Origin: Collinsella sp.
Lineage (GTDB): Bacteria; Actinomycetota; Coriobacteriia; Coriobacteriales; Coriobacteriaceae
Assembly: GCA_048181625.1 (NCBI GenBank)
Contig: DBEYUK010000016.1
Coordinates: 719 to 64,718 of the forward strand
Direction: 5' to 3'
Length of the DNA stretch: 64,000 nucleotides
Shown here: positions 42,630 through 52,006 of the stretch, one piece after another
Layout: the number at the start of each line of letters is the position of its first letter
Numbering within the stretch: position 1 is the first letter of the stretch
The notes under the pieces: generated by a model
What the model was told of the DNA's origin: nothing
What the model saw: only the letters and a program-made list of their open reading frames with translations
Database searches by the model: none
Position numbers and translations under genes: made by a program

Positions 42630-43934
42630 CTACTGGTTGTCAGCAGCCGAGAAATCCATATCGAGCGAGGAAACGGCCCAGCCGATATGGTTGTCGGAGC
42701 GCACGAATTTGACGGTGTACTCCTGCTCGCCGCCCTTGGACAGCGAAGCCTTCACCTTGGCGGTCGTCTCGGTCATGGACTGATCCATGCCCTCGACGGA
42801 CACGGTGGCACCCTGCGGAATCGAGGAGATGATCATCGACTTGGCGTCCTCGGACAGGCTCGAGGCCAGGCAAGACTCGGCCTTTGCGGTGTCACCGTCG
42901 CCGGCAGCCTGGAACAGATCGGTAACGACAGACTCCTGAGACGGGAAGCCAAAGCCGCGCGTGTAGACAAAGCCCAGACCGCCCGCGGCGATCAAGATGA
43001 GCAGAAGCAGCACGATGAAGACTTTGAGGCCCGTGTGGTGATGGCGACGACGGACCTTGGCCTGCTTACGATCCTGACGGTCCTGCTGGACCATCTCGGA
43101 CTCGGACAGCGTAAAGAAGCCGGTGTCCGAGGGATCGGGCATAAACTGGCCGGTCGCGCCCGTAGGATCGAGCGGATCAACGGCAGGAGCGTCCATCGCG
43201 GGCGCCGGAGCCGTGGCCATAGCCGTCTGGGCAGACAGTGCGGCAAGCGAATCGTGCACGCGGGCAAGCTCATCGGCCTGCTCGGAGGTGAGCTGGTAGA
43301 TGCCATCGGCAGTAGCGGCGTTAAAGGCGTCGAGTGCGTCGGAGGGGCGGCCGGCGGCAGAAAGCGCCTGACCCATGCCGGCGTTGAGCGCACGCGTGTC
43401 GTCGCGGGGACCGGCAAAGTCGATAGCCGTGCGGTAGGTCTCCACGGCATCCGCCGGACGGCCGAGCTTAATGAAGCAACGACCGAGCTCGCCGAGTGCG
43501 GCGGCAGGAGCCGGATTGGCGCCGTCGATGGCAGCCTGACGGAAGGCAGTACCCGCGTTGGCATAGTCGCCCGACTGGAACAGCGCGTTACCCAGGCCCA
43601 GATAGGCCTTGAACGGCGTGGCATAGGAAGCATCCTGCGTAGCAGCAGAGAACGCCTGGGCGGCCGTCGTGTAGTCGCCCACGGCGGCGAGCGCCTTGCC
43701 GCGGTTGGTGAGCAGTGCGCCGCGCTTGCCGTAGGTGCCGTCGTTGAGGGCGGCGGCATAGGCCTCGGCGGCCTCGGCATACATGCCCAAGTGCATCAAG
43801 GCGTTACCACGAAGGTGATCGGCCTCGCCCATAATCTCATCGGGAGTTTTTGCCGCCCCAAGCATCTGGGCTGCAGCGGAAAAATCACCCGCGCGGTAAG
43901 CGGCGCGGCCCTGTTGGATCAGCTGGCTATTCAA
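42630..43934 (-). CDS. Tetratricopeptide-repeat membrane protein
   Basis: Several TPR-like units (RGNALMHLGMYAEAAEAY, LGNALFQSGDYANA, LGRCFIKLGRPADA), then a basic patch, one TM and a small C-terminal domain. Confidence 0.85.
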   Translation of the reverse strand: MNSQLIQQGRAAYRAGDFSAAAQMLGAAKTPDEIMGEADHLRGNALMHLGMYAEAAEAYAAALNDGTYGKRGALLTNRGKALAAVGDYTTAAQAFSAATQDASYATPFKAYLGLGNALFQSGDYANAGTAFRQAAIDGANPAPAAALGELGRCFIKLGRPADAVETYRTAIDFAGPRDDTRALNAGMGQALSAAGRPSDALDAFNAATADGIYQLTSEQADELARVHDSLAALSAQTAMATAPAPAMDAPAVDPLDPTGATGQFMPDPSDTGFFTLSESEMVQQDRQDRKQAKVRRRHHHTGLKVFIVLLLLILIAAGGLGFVYTRGFGFPSQESVVTDLFQAAGDGDTAKAESCLASSLSEDAKSMIISSIPQGATVSVEGMDQSMTETTAKVKASLSKGGEQEYTVKFVRSDNHIGWAVSSLDMDFSAADNQ

Positions 43935-43945
43935 GGAAGTCCCCT

Positions 43946-44488
43946 TTACTCGTGAACGATCTCGACATGGACGATCTCGTCGCCGGCACGCAGCTGCGAA
44001 ATCACATCGAGACCCTCGACCGTGGTACCAAAGACGGTGTAACCGGAATCGAGGTTATGCTGGGCACCCAGGCAGAAGTAGAACTGCGAACCCGCGGAAT
44101 CGGGGTCCATGGAGCGTGCCATGGCAAGGGCACCATCGACATGGCTGTTGCGCGGATTGGTGGCAAACTCGCCCTTGATGCAGTAGCCGGGGCCACCGGT
44201 ACCGGGCATGCCGTCGGGGCCCTCAAGACCGGCAGCGACGTCGGCGCCGGACATATCGCGGGTATTGGGGTCGCCGCCCTGAATGACAAAGCCGGGCACA
44301 TAGCGATGGAACTTAAGGCCATCATAGAAGCCCATCGTAGAAAGCTCGCAGAAGTTCGCGACATGAATGGGAGCGCCCTCGCCGTCAAACTTGACCTTGA
44401 TGGTACCCTTCGACGTCTCGATAACGGCGCACTCGTCGCCGGCAAGCTGATACTCGGGCGTGTAGAGCTCTTTCTTAAAACCAAACAT
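43946..44488 (-). CDS. Cyclophilin-type peptidyl-prolyl cis-trans isomerase
   Basis: FYDGLKFHRYVPGFVIQGGDP, ALAMARS...DSAGSQFY, YTVFG. Confidence 0.95.
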   Translation of the reverse strand: MFGFKKELYTPEYQLAGDECAVIETSKGTIKVKFDGEGAPIHVANFCELSTMGFYDGLKFHRYVPGFVIQGGDPNTRDMSGADVAAGLEGPDGMPGTGGPGYCIKGEFATNPRNSHVDGALAMARSMDPDSAGSQFYFCLGAQHNLDSGYTVFGTTVEGLDVISQLRAGDEIVHVEIVHE

Positions 44489-44595
44489 GTGGTTCCTTCC
44501 TCGTGCGTTTAAAGCATATTTGTACGAATTGTAGCAATAAGCATGCGCTTACATCAATTGCGCACGTAGGTTATGCCGACTATGGCGAACTAATT

Positions 44596-45768
44596 TTAGG
44601 AACGCTGCTGCGGCTTCCAGGAACCCACATTGGCGTCGTACTGGTTCAGTGCGCTGTTGCCGCCCTGCGCGATGGGCGCCAGGATATCGCTTTGGTGGGA
44701 ACTCATCGACTCACCATCGGGAATGGCCAGCGAGATGTCCCAGCTCTGACAGATCACGTCGACACGCTCGTACATCCACTCGGCAAGCTGCTTTAAGTGG
44801 GCGATGTCGTCCGCATAGACCGTATCGTCCTGATACTTAAGGTTGTTAAGCTCATCTTGCGTCTTTTTGATCTGGTCGCGCAGGGCGTAGGCACTCTGCG
44901 ACAGCTCCTGGCGGGTGGACAGCGGCGTTCGGAGATAGCCGTTGTTAAAGGAATCGATGACCTCGCCGATCTGGTCCTCATCACCGTAGGACACGATGGT
45001 CTGATACAGACCGTCGAGTCTGGTATAGAGCTGATCATCGGTGAGCACGGTTTCTTCCTGGACCACCTCGGCAGAATCGTCCTGCTTGGTATCGTCCTCA
45101 GTCGCCTCGCCCTTTTGGCGCGTGGGGAAGGTCGTCTGCGCAGCCTGGCCAAACTGGTCGTAGAAGGCAGGCATGACACCCATGGGATCGGCCGTCACGA
45201 ACCAATAGGCACCGCCGCAAACGACGGCAAGGACCGCGATGACGATGAGCGGCTTGGGGATATGACGCTTGTGCTTGTGATAGGCGTCCTCGTCGGGATG
45301 CACCTTGCGCTTGGGTTTTTGAGCATCGTCATGCAGGGAAACGGGCGTGGGAATATCGACCTTGGGGATACCGAAATCCTTATCGAAAGCCGGCAGCACG
45401 CAGGTCTCGTTAGGATCGGCGGCGTCCGAAAGAACCGCGGCAGCCGAGGCGGGCGCATGAGGCACCTCGGTATCGATCTGCTCTTGCGTTAGGCGCGGAA
45501 AGCCCGCCGTGCGGCCCGCTGCCAGGTCGGATGCGGCCGCGTCCTCGGAGAGGATACCCGGAGCAGGGCGTCCGCATTTTGGGCACGTGCGATCATGCGG
45601 AGAAAGACGGGCACCGCAGCCCTCACAGAACACGAACTCGGTGTGCTCGGGACCATCGCCCGGACCCACATAGGCGTTGCAGTAGGGGCAGAACGAGGCG
45701 CCGTCCTCGATAGTCTTAAGGCAATGCGGGCAGATCACGGCATCCTCTTTTCGAAGCAATTCAAACAA
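44596..45768 (-). CDS. Double zinc-ribbon membrane-anchored protein
   Basis: Motifs CPHC...CPYC and CEGC...CPKC, a central TM (LIVIAVLAVVCGGAYWF), and a helical extracytoplasmic region. Confidence 0.8.
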   Translation of the reverse strand: MFELLRKEDAVICPHCLKTIEDGASFCPYCNAYVGPGDGPEHTEFVFCEGCGARLSPHDRTCPKCGRPAPGILSEDAAASDLAAGRTAGFPRLTQEQIDTEVPHAPASAAAVLSDAADPNETCVLPAFDKDFGIPKVDIPTPVSLHDDAQKPKRKVHPDEDAYHKHKRHIPKPLIVIAVLAVVCGGAYWFVTADPMGVMPAFYDQFGQAAQTTFPTRQKGEATEDDTKQDDSAEVVQEETVLTDDQLYTRLDGLYQTIVSYGDEDQIGEVIDSFNNGYLRTPLSTRQELSQSAYALRDQIKKTQDELNNLKYQDDTVYADDIAHLKQLAEWMYERVDVICQSWDISLAIPDGESMSSHQSDILAPIAQGGNSALNQYDANVGSWKPQQRS

Positions 45769-45841
45769 TCGAGGTTAGAGCATAACATCGCCACGGCCCC
45801 ACAGGAACAAGGCACCAATTCAACATCGCCAGGGCGCGTAG

Positions 45842-48565
45842 CTACTTCTTCTTTTTGCTTGGCATCGAGACTTTGATGCCTTGGGCGGACTTGGTCACAC
45901 GAGAGCGCTTAGCTCCGGTACTCTTCTTTTTCTTGGGCTGGGCCTGGGCCACGCCCTCGAGTGCGCGGGCCTCGGCCTCGCGAGCGGTGCGATCTTCGCG
46001 GCGCTGCGCCATGTCGGCGGCGACGCGCTTGGCAAAACGTTCGGCCGTCGAGCCCGTCGAGCTCACCTTGCCGCCACCGCGACCCAGGCGGACGCGCACA
46101 CCGCGGCCAAAACCAGTTGCGGCATGACGACGACGCGGCTTGAGCGAATCCATCATCGTGGCGAGCTTAAAGAACACCGAGCAGGTAAAGACCACGATAA
46201 CAGCCAAGATAACCATCTGGCCCATCGACAGGTTGGCAATAGACAGCAGCTCCGGGAATCCGATAACGCCCACCAGGATGCCGGCGACTACAAACACAAA
46301 GAGCACCACACGTAAGGGCGTGAGAGGCTGCGAGATGCGCCAGATTAGGCTGACGCTCGCCGCGCACGACGTAAGCAGGCACATCGTAGACAGCGTGAGC
46401 TGGCTAAAGCCAAACACGCGCGCCACAAAGATATCGAGCGCCGCAGCCAAAATGACCGCAATCGACGCCGGCAGTGCACGCTTGAGTACGTTGCTCAAAA
46501 ACGCACCCTTCACACGAGCATTGTTGGGCTCCAGGCCCAACACAAAGCCCGGCGCGCCGATGCAGAAGAAGTTAATGAGCGTCATCTGGATGGGCTCGAA
46601 GGGGTACGGCGGCAGCGCGATACACAGCGCCGCCAGGCCCATCGAGAACAGCGTCTTGGTCAGGAACAGTGAGGCCGAACGCTGCAGGTTGTTGATGGAG
46701 CGACGGCCCTCGGCCACCACGGCGGGCATCGAGGCAAAATCGTTGTCGACGAGTACGATTTCGGCCACATTACGCGCGGCATCGGAGCCGGCCGCCATGG
46801 CGACGGAGCAGTCGGCCTCCTTGAGCGCCAGCACGTCGTTGACGCCGTCGCCCGTCATGGCCACGGTGTGCTCGCGGCGCTTGAGCGCCTGCACGAGCTC
46901 GCGCTTCTGCTGCGGGGTCACACGACCAAAGACATGGTAGCGGTCCACTGCGGCATCGAGCTTGGCCGGCGTATCGAGCGTCGTGGCGTCCACATAAGCG
47001 TCCGCCCCCGGCACGCCCACCACGCGCGCGATCGACGACACCGTACGCGGGTCGTCGCCGCTGATCACGTTGAGGGTCACGCCCTGCTCGTTAAAGTAGC
47101 CGATGGTCTCGGCCGCCGAGGTACGAATCTCGTCGCGGATGGTCACAAATCCCACGGGCTCGGCCTCGCCCACCATATCCCCATCGGGCGTAAAGCCGTC
47201 CACGCGCGCCACCACGAGCACGCGGCAGGTATCGGCAAGCTCGGCGACACGGTTCTCGACCTGGGCAAACGCACGATCAGAGAGCACAAATTGCGCGGCG
47301 CCCATTACGTAGGAGCCCTGCGCAAAAGAAGCGCCGCTCCATTTTTTAGACGACGAGAATGGAATGACCGACAGCGGCTCGGACACCTCGACCGGGCGAT
47401 CGGCGTAATAGTTGAGCAGCGCCTGGCAGGTCTCGTTGGCATCGGCCGAAGTCGCACGTGCCACGTTAGCCAGCGCAAAATCGACCACTGTGGTATCGAC
47501 GGGAACAGCCGCCTCGTCCGAGTCCACGCCAAAGCCAACACCCTCAACAGGCAGCGGATACGTGCCCTCGACCTCCATACGGCCCGACGTGATGGTGCCC
47601 GTCTTGTCCAGGCACAGCACGTCGACGCGAGCGAGTGTCTCGATGCAGTAGAGCTGCTGTGCCAGCACCTTGCGGCGGGCCAGGCGCACCGTGGCGATGG
47701 CGAGCACCGACGAAGTCAGCAGCACCAGGCCTTGCGGGATCATACCCAGCAGGGCGCCCACCGTGGACAGCAGCGCCGACGAAGGCACATGACCGGCCAA
47801 CAGCTCGGAGAAGCACCACGAAAGCGCGCTATCGCCCGGGGTTCCCGCGGCATCCCACAGCTCGCTCACACTCGAGGCAAACAACGCCAAACCGAGCGGG
47901 ATCATGATGATGCTCGCAAAGCGCACGATGGCGTTCAGCGCGTTCATGATCTCGGAATTAACCTTTTTGACGTACTTGGCCTCGTTATTTATTTTGGCCA
48001 CGTAGTTGTCGGCGCCGACATGGATCACGCGGGCGCGCAGCAGGCCCGAGTCGATAAAGCTGCCGCTCATGAGCTCAGAGCCTGGCTGTTTCTTAATAAG
48101 GTCGCTCTCGCCCGTCAGCAGGCTCTCGTTCACGAGCGCCTCGCCCGACACCACCACGGCGTCGGCGGGAATCTGGTCGCCGCGCCCCAAGCGGATGATG
48201 TCGTCGAGCACGATCTGGTCCAGGCCGAGCTCCACCTCGGCGCCGTCGCGCACCGCGATGGCCTTCTTGGAGGTCAGCAGCGTGAGCTTATCGACCATCT
48301 TCTTGGAACGCATGGACTGAATGACGCCAATAGCGGTGTTCAAGAACACCACGAACAGGAACGTCAGATTCTTAAACGAACCGGTCAAAATGACCAGGAA
48401 AGCCAAGATCACGTTGATCAAATTGAACAGCGTGCAGAGGTTCTCGATGATGAGCTCTTTGACCGACTTGGTCTTGAGTTCCATGTTGCGGTTGATTTTA
48501 CCGGCGGCGATACGCTCCTCGACCTCGGCGGTTGAGAGTCCGCGCTCGATATCCGTTGCTGCCAT
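45842..48565 (-). CDS. P-type cation-transporting ATPase (CtpE-like)
   Basis: Motifs ESLLTGES, IPQGL, DKTGT, ISGD, FGRVTPQQK, MTGDGVNDVLALKEAD. Confidence 0.95.
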   Translation of the reverse strand: MAATDIERGLSTAEVEERIAAGKINRNMELKTKSVKELIIENLCTLFNLINVILAFLVILTGSFKNLTFLFVVFLNTAIGVIQSMRSKKMVDKLTLLTSKKAIAVRDGAEVELGLDQIVLDDIIRLGRGDQIPADAVVVSGEALVNESLLTGESDLIKKQPGSELMSGSFIDSGLLRARVIHVGADNYVAKINNEAKYVKKVNSEIMNALNAIVRFASIIMIPLGLALFASSVSELWDAAGTPGDSALSWCFSELLAGHVPSSALLSTVGALLGMIPQGLVLLTSSVLAIATVRLARRKVLAQQLYCIETLARVDVLCLDKTGTITSGRMEVEGTYPLPVEGVGFGVDSDEAAVPVDTTVVDFALANVARATSADANETCQALLNYYADRPVEVSEPLSVIPFSSSKKWSGASFAQGSYVMGAAQFVLSDRAFAQVENRVAELADTCRVLVVARVDGFTPDGDMVGEAEPVGFVTIRDEIRTSAAETIGYFNEQGVTLNVISGDDPRTVSSIARVVGVPGADAYVDATTLDTPAKLDAAVDRYHVFGRVTPQQKRELVQALKRREHTVAMTGDGVNDVLALKEADCSVAMAAGSDAARNVAEIVLVDNDFASMPAVVAEGRRSINNLQRSASLFLTKTLFSMGLAALCIALPPYPFEPIQMTLINFFCIGAPGFVLGLEPNNARVKGAFLSNVLKRALPASIAVILAAALDIFVARVFGFSQLTLSTMCLLTSCAASVSLIWRISQPLTPLRVVLFVFVVAGILVGVIGFPELLSIANLSMGQMVILAVIVVFTCSVFFKLATMMDSLKPRRRHAATGFGRGVRVRLGRGGGKVSSTGSTAERFAKRVAADMAQRREDRTAREAEARALEGVAQAQPKKKKSTGAKRSRVTKSAQGIKVSMPSKKKK

Positions 48566-48596
48566 ACCACGTCCCATCACGTCGCGTCGGTATAAG

Positions 48597-48631
48597 AAAA
48601 ACCGCCCGGACCATGCGAGGTTCGGACGGTC
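48597..48631 (-). terminator. Terminator after tRNA-Arg(CCG)
   Basis: Minus strand ACCGTCCGAACC...GGTCCGGGCGGT followed by TTTT. Confidence 0.65.
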
Positions 48632-48641
48632 TTACGTTCGA

Positions 48642-48718
48642 TGGTGCCCCATGTTGGATTCGAACCAACGGCCTTCTGCTCCGGAGGCAGACGCTCTAAT
48701 CCCCTGAGCTAATAGGGC
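48642..48718 (-). tRNA. tRNA-Arg(CCG)
   Basis: GCCCTATTAGCTCAGGGGATTAGAGCG-TCTGC-CTCCGGA-GCAGA-AGGCCGTTGGTTCGAATCCAACATGGGGCACCA: cloverleaf, anticodon CCG, encoded CCA. Confidence 0.96.
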
Positions 48719-48864
48719 CAACGTTTGGCATTATACCCAAGTGCACCACGGGCTATCAAAATAAAAGAAAAAGCTTTGCAATTCCGAGGAAGACGCGGCG
48801 CAACGGCCCACTTTAGAAGGCAAAAGCGAGTCAGATAGTATAAACTCTCATGCACCATATATAC

Positions 48865-48889
48865 ACGGCTCGCGATGCGGGCCGTTTTT
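48865..48889 (+). promoter_or_regulatory. Terminator-like hairpin in the aroF leader (possible attenuator)
   Basis: ACGGCTCGC-GAT-GCGGGCCGT-TTTT lies between a TTAGAA-N17-TAGTAT promoter candidate (48813-48841) and aroF. Confidence 0.5.
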
Positions 48890-48922
48890 GCAAAAGTTAT
48901 CCATCGAGGTGAGAGGCACACC

Positions 48923-49945
48923 ATGATTGCAATTTTAAAGCAGAGCGCCAGCGACGAGGCCGTCGGCCATATCGTCAGCTGGATTGAGAAAAAGGGCCTG
49001 AAGACCGATGTCTCGCGCGGCGAGAATGAGACGATTATCGGCCTGGTGGGCGATACGACCAAGATCGACCCGTTCCTGCTCGAGTCCATGGATGTCGTCG
49101 AGCGCGTGCAGCGCGTCTCCGAGCCGTTCAAGCGCGCCAACCGCAAGTTCCACCCCGAGGACTCCGTCATCGACTGCGGTCACGGCGTCAAGATCGGCGG
49201 CGACCAGTTCCAGGTCATCGCCGGTCCCTGCTCCGTCGAGGGCGAGAACCTCATCCGCATCGCACGCCGCGTGAAGGCCGCCGGCGCCACGATGCTGCGC
49301 GGCGGTGCCTACAAGCCCCGCACCTCCCCCTACGCCTACCAGGGCATGGGCCCCGCCGGCCTCGACCTGCTGTGCGAGGCGTCTGCCGAGCTCGACATGC
49401 CGATCGTCACCGAGATCATGGATCCACGCGACGTGCAGGTCTTCTTGGACAAGAAGATTGACGTCATGCAGATCGGCGCCCGCAACGCCCAGAACTTCCC
49501 CCTGCTCAAGGAGGTCGGCAAGACCCAAACCCCGATTCTGCTCAAGCGCGGCATGTCCGGCACGATCGACGAGCTGCTTATGGCAGCCGAGTACATCATG
49601 AGCGAGGGCAACGACAACGTCATCCTGTGCGAGCGCGGTATCCGCACCTTCGAGACCCGCACCCGCAATACCTTCGACCTCAACGCCGTGCCGGTTCTGC
49701 ACCACCTGTCGCACCTGCCCGTCGTCGCCGACCCCAGCCACGCCACCGGCTACACCCGCTACGTTGAGCCCATGGCGCTCGCCGCGACCGCCTGCGGCGC
49801 CAACGGCCTGGAGATCGAGGTCCACGACGAGCCCAGCCGCGCATGGTCCGACGGCGCTCAGGCCCTCACCCCCGACCAGTTCGACGACACCATGCGCCGC
49901 ATTCGCGCCATCCGCGAGGTCGTCTGCCAAGAGACCATGGAGTAG
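48923..49945 (+). CDS. aroF: DAHP synthase (type I-beta) with N-terminal ferredoxin-like/ACT regulatory domain
   Basis: Motifs IAGPCSVE, RGGAYKPRTSPY, QIGARNAQNF, LLKRG, LCERGIRTFE, DPSHATG, SDGAQ. Confidence 0.96.
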   Translation: MIAILKQSASDEAVGHIVSWIEKKGLKTDVSRGENETIIGLVGDTTKIDPFLLESMDVVERVQRVSEPFKRANRKFHPEDSVIDCGHGVKIGGDQFQVIAGPCSVEGENLIRIARRVKAAGATMLRGGAYKPRTSPYAYQGMGPAGLDLLCEASAELDMPIVTEIMDPRDVQVFLDKKIDVMQIGARNAQNFPLLKEVGKTQTPILLKRGMSGTIDELLMAAEYIMSEGNDNVILCERGIRTFETRTRNTFDLNAVPVLHHLSHLPVVADPSHATGYTRYVEPMALAATACGANGLEIEVHDEPSRAWSDGAQALTPDQFDDTMRRIRAIREVVCQETME

Positions 49946-49948
49946 CCC

Positions 49949-50863
49949 ATGGGTACGGTGAGAAACGCGCGCGTTAACCAGGGCGGCCCCAAGTGCGCCG
50001 GTATCGTCGGCCTTGGCCTCATCGGCGGTAGCTTTGCCCGCGGCTATGCCCAGGCGGGCGTCCGCGTGCTGGCCTGGGACCCCGATGACGATGTCATGAC
50101 GGCCGCCAGCATGGGCACTGTCGCCGGAGAGCTCAACGACGAGACACTCGGCGAATGCGACATCATCGTCCTGGCTTGCTACCCCGAGGCCTGCATCGAG
50201 TGGCTCGAGGCGCATGCCCAGGCCCTCGCCGACGCCACCGACACCGAGGCCATCATGGGTCCCGTGGTGATCGACACCGTGGGCGTCAAGGGCATCGTGT
50301 GCGAACGTGCCTTTGAGCTTGCCCGTGAGCACGGCTTTTACTTTGTGGGCGCACACCCCATGGCGGGCACGCAGTACTCGGGCTACGCACACTCCCGCGC
50401 CGACCTGTTCCAGGGCGCGCCACTCGTGCTCGTGCCGCCCGCGGTGGACGATGCGCTCAAACTGGAGCTTTTGGGCCAGGTGCGCGAGATGGTGCGCCCC
50501 TTGGGCTTTGGCAAGTTCAGCGTGACCAGCGCCGCCGAGCACGACCGCGTCATCGCCTTCACGAGCCAGCTTGCGCACGTGGTGTCCAACGCCTACGTCA
50601 AAAGCCCCACCGCCCAGGTCCACCACGGCTTTTCGGCCGGTAGCTACCGCGATCTCACCCGCGTGGCGCACCTCAACCCGCAAATGTGGTCCGAGCTCAT
50701 GATCGACGACGCCGACGCGCTCGCCTACGAGATCGACCATCTGATCGAATCGCTCGGCGCCTACAGCCGTGCGCTCAAGGACCGCGACCAGCGCTATCTG
50801 GAGAATCTCCTTGCCGAGGGCGACCGCATTAAGCGCGCGCTCGACGACGAGACCTCCCACTAG
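49949..50863 (+). CDS. tyrA: Prephenate dehydrogenase
   Basis: Motifs IVGLGLIGGSFA, GAHPMAG, EHDRVIAFTSQLAH, GSYRDLTRVA. Confidence 0.93.
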   Translation: MGTVRNARVNQGGPKCAGIVGLGLIGGSFARGYAQAGVRVLAWDPDDDVMTAASMGTVAGELNDETLGECDIIVLACYPEACIEWLEAHAQALADATDTEAIMGPVVIDTVGVKGIVCERAFELAREHGFYFVGAHPMAGTQYSGYAHSRADLFQGAPLVLVPPAVDDALKLELLGQVREMVRPLGFGKFSVTSAAEHDRVIAFTSQLAHVVSNAYVKSPTAQVHHGFSAGSYRDLTRVAHLNPQMWSELMIDDADALAYEIDHLIESLGAYSRALKDRDQRYLENLLAEGDRIKRALDDETSH

Positions 50864-50899
50864 ACCACCTATCACGCCAGGTCGAAAGGACCGAAGCTT

Positions 50900-52006
50900 A
50901 TGGCGATTACCATCGATATCGACACTGCACGCCCCTACCAGGTGCATGTTGGCACGTTTTTGCTGGAGCAGGCGGGACCACTCGTGCGCGCCACTGCCGG
51001 CGGTACCAAGGCCGTCATCGTGACGGACACCAACGTGGGCCCGCTCTACCAGATGCCCGTTAAGCAGAGCCTGGAGGCGTCAGGCTACGAGGTGAGCATC
51101 TGCACCTTCGAGGCCGGAGAGGCCCATAAGCGCGCCGAAACCTATGTTGCCATTATGGAGTTTGTGGCAGAGCACGAGCTTTCGCGCTCCGACGTGATCG
51201 TGGCACTCGGTGGCGGCGTCGTGGGCGACGTGGCGGGCTTTGTGGCCGCCACCTACATGCGCGGCTGCAAGTTTGTGCAGATCCCGACGAGCCTGCTCGC
51301 CATGGTGGATTCGTCGGTGGGTGGCAAGACCGCCATCGACCTGGCTGCCGGCAAGAACTTGGCCGGCGCCTTTTGGCAGCCGAGCGTGGTTATCGCCGAC
51401 GTGGGGTGCCTGGCCACCCTCACGCCCGAGCAGTTCGCCGACGGCTGCGGCGAGGTCGTCAAGCACGCCGTGATCGCCGACCCGGAGCTTTTCGCCGAGC
51501 TGGAGAAGACCCCGCTCACGCTGGAGCTGCTCAACCGCGATGTGGCGCGCGTAGCGCTCATCATCGCCCGCAATATCGACATCAAGCGCGCCGTGGTCGT
51601 TGCCGACGAGCGCGAGATCAACCAGCGCAAGCTCCTCAACTTTGGACACAGCGCCGGACACGCCGTCGAGGCCTGCGAGCACTTTGAGCTCGGACACGGC
51701 AACTGTGTGTCGATCGGCATGGGCATCATCACGCGCGCCGCGGCTCTGCACGGCATTTGCGATGCTGCACTGCCCGGTCGTATCGAGGAGCTCTGCGCCC
51801 GCCATGGCCTCAAGACCCGCTGCGACCTAGATGCCGATGCCGTTTTTGCCGAGGCGCTCCACGACAAGAAGCGCGCGGGCGACACCATCGACCTGGTGAT
51901 TCCGCACGGCATCGGCCGCTGCAGCATCGACCGCACGCCGCTTTCCACTTTCCACGAACTCATTGCCGAGGGCCTCGGCCAGAAGGGAGACGCATTCGCA
52001 TGCTAG
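50900..52006 (+). CDS. aroB: 3-dehydroquinate synthase
   Basis: Motifs ALGGGVVGD, PTSLLAMVDSSVGGKT, LNFGHSAGHAVE, HDKK. Confidence 0.97.
   Translation: MAITIDIDTARPYQVHVGTFLLEQAGPLVRATAGGTKAVIVTDTNVGPLYQMPVKQSLEASGYEVSICTFEAGEAHKRAETYVAIMEFVAEHELSRSDVIVALGGGVVGDVAGFVAATYMRGCKFVQIPTSLLAMVDSSVGGKTAIDLAAGKNLAGAFWQPSVVIADVGCLATLTPEQFADGCGEVVKHAVIADPELFAELEKTPLTLELLNRDVARVALIIARNIDIKRAVVVADEREINQRKLLNFGHSAGHAVEACEHFELGHGNCVSIGMGIITRAAALHGICDAALPGRIEELCARHGLKTRCDLDADAVFAEALHDKKRAGDTIDLVIPHGIGRCSIDRTPLSTFHELIAEGLGQKGDAFAC

Noticed and set aside
51757..51999. N-terminal extensions in the ORF track for aroA (also ispG, dprA, comM, yraN, aroF, GT2, rmlCD)
   Set aside because: They overlap adjacent genes or leaders. 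Downstream starts with SD sequences match the family N-termini.
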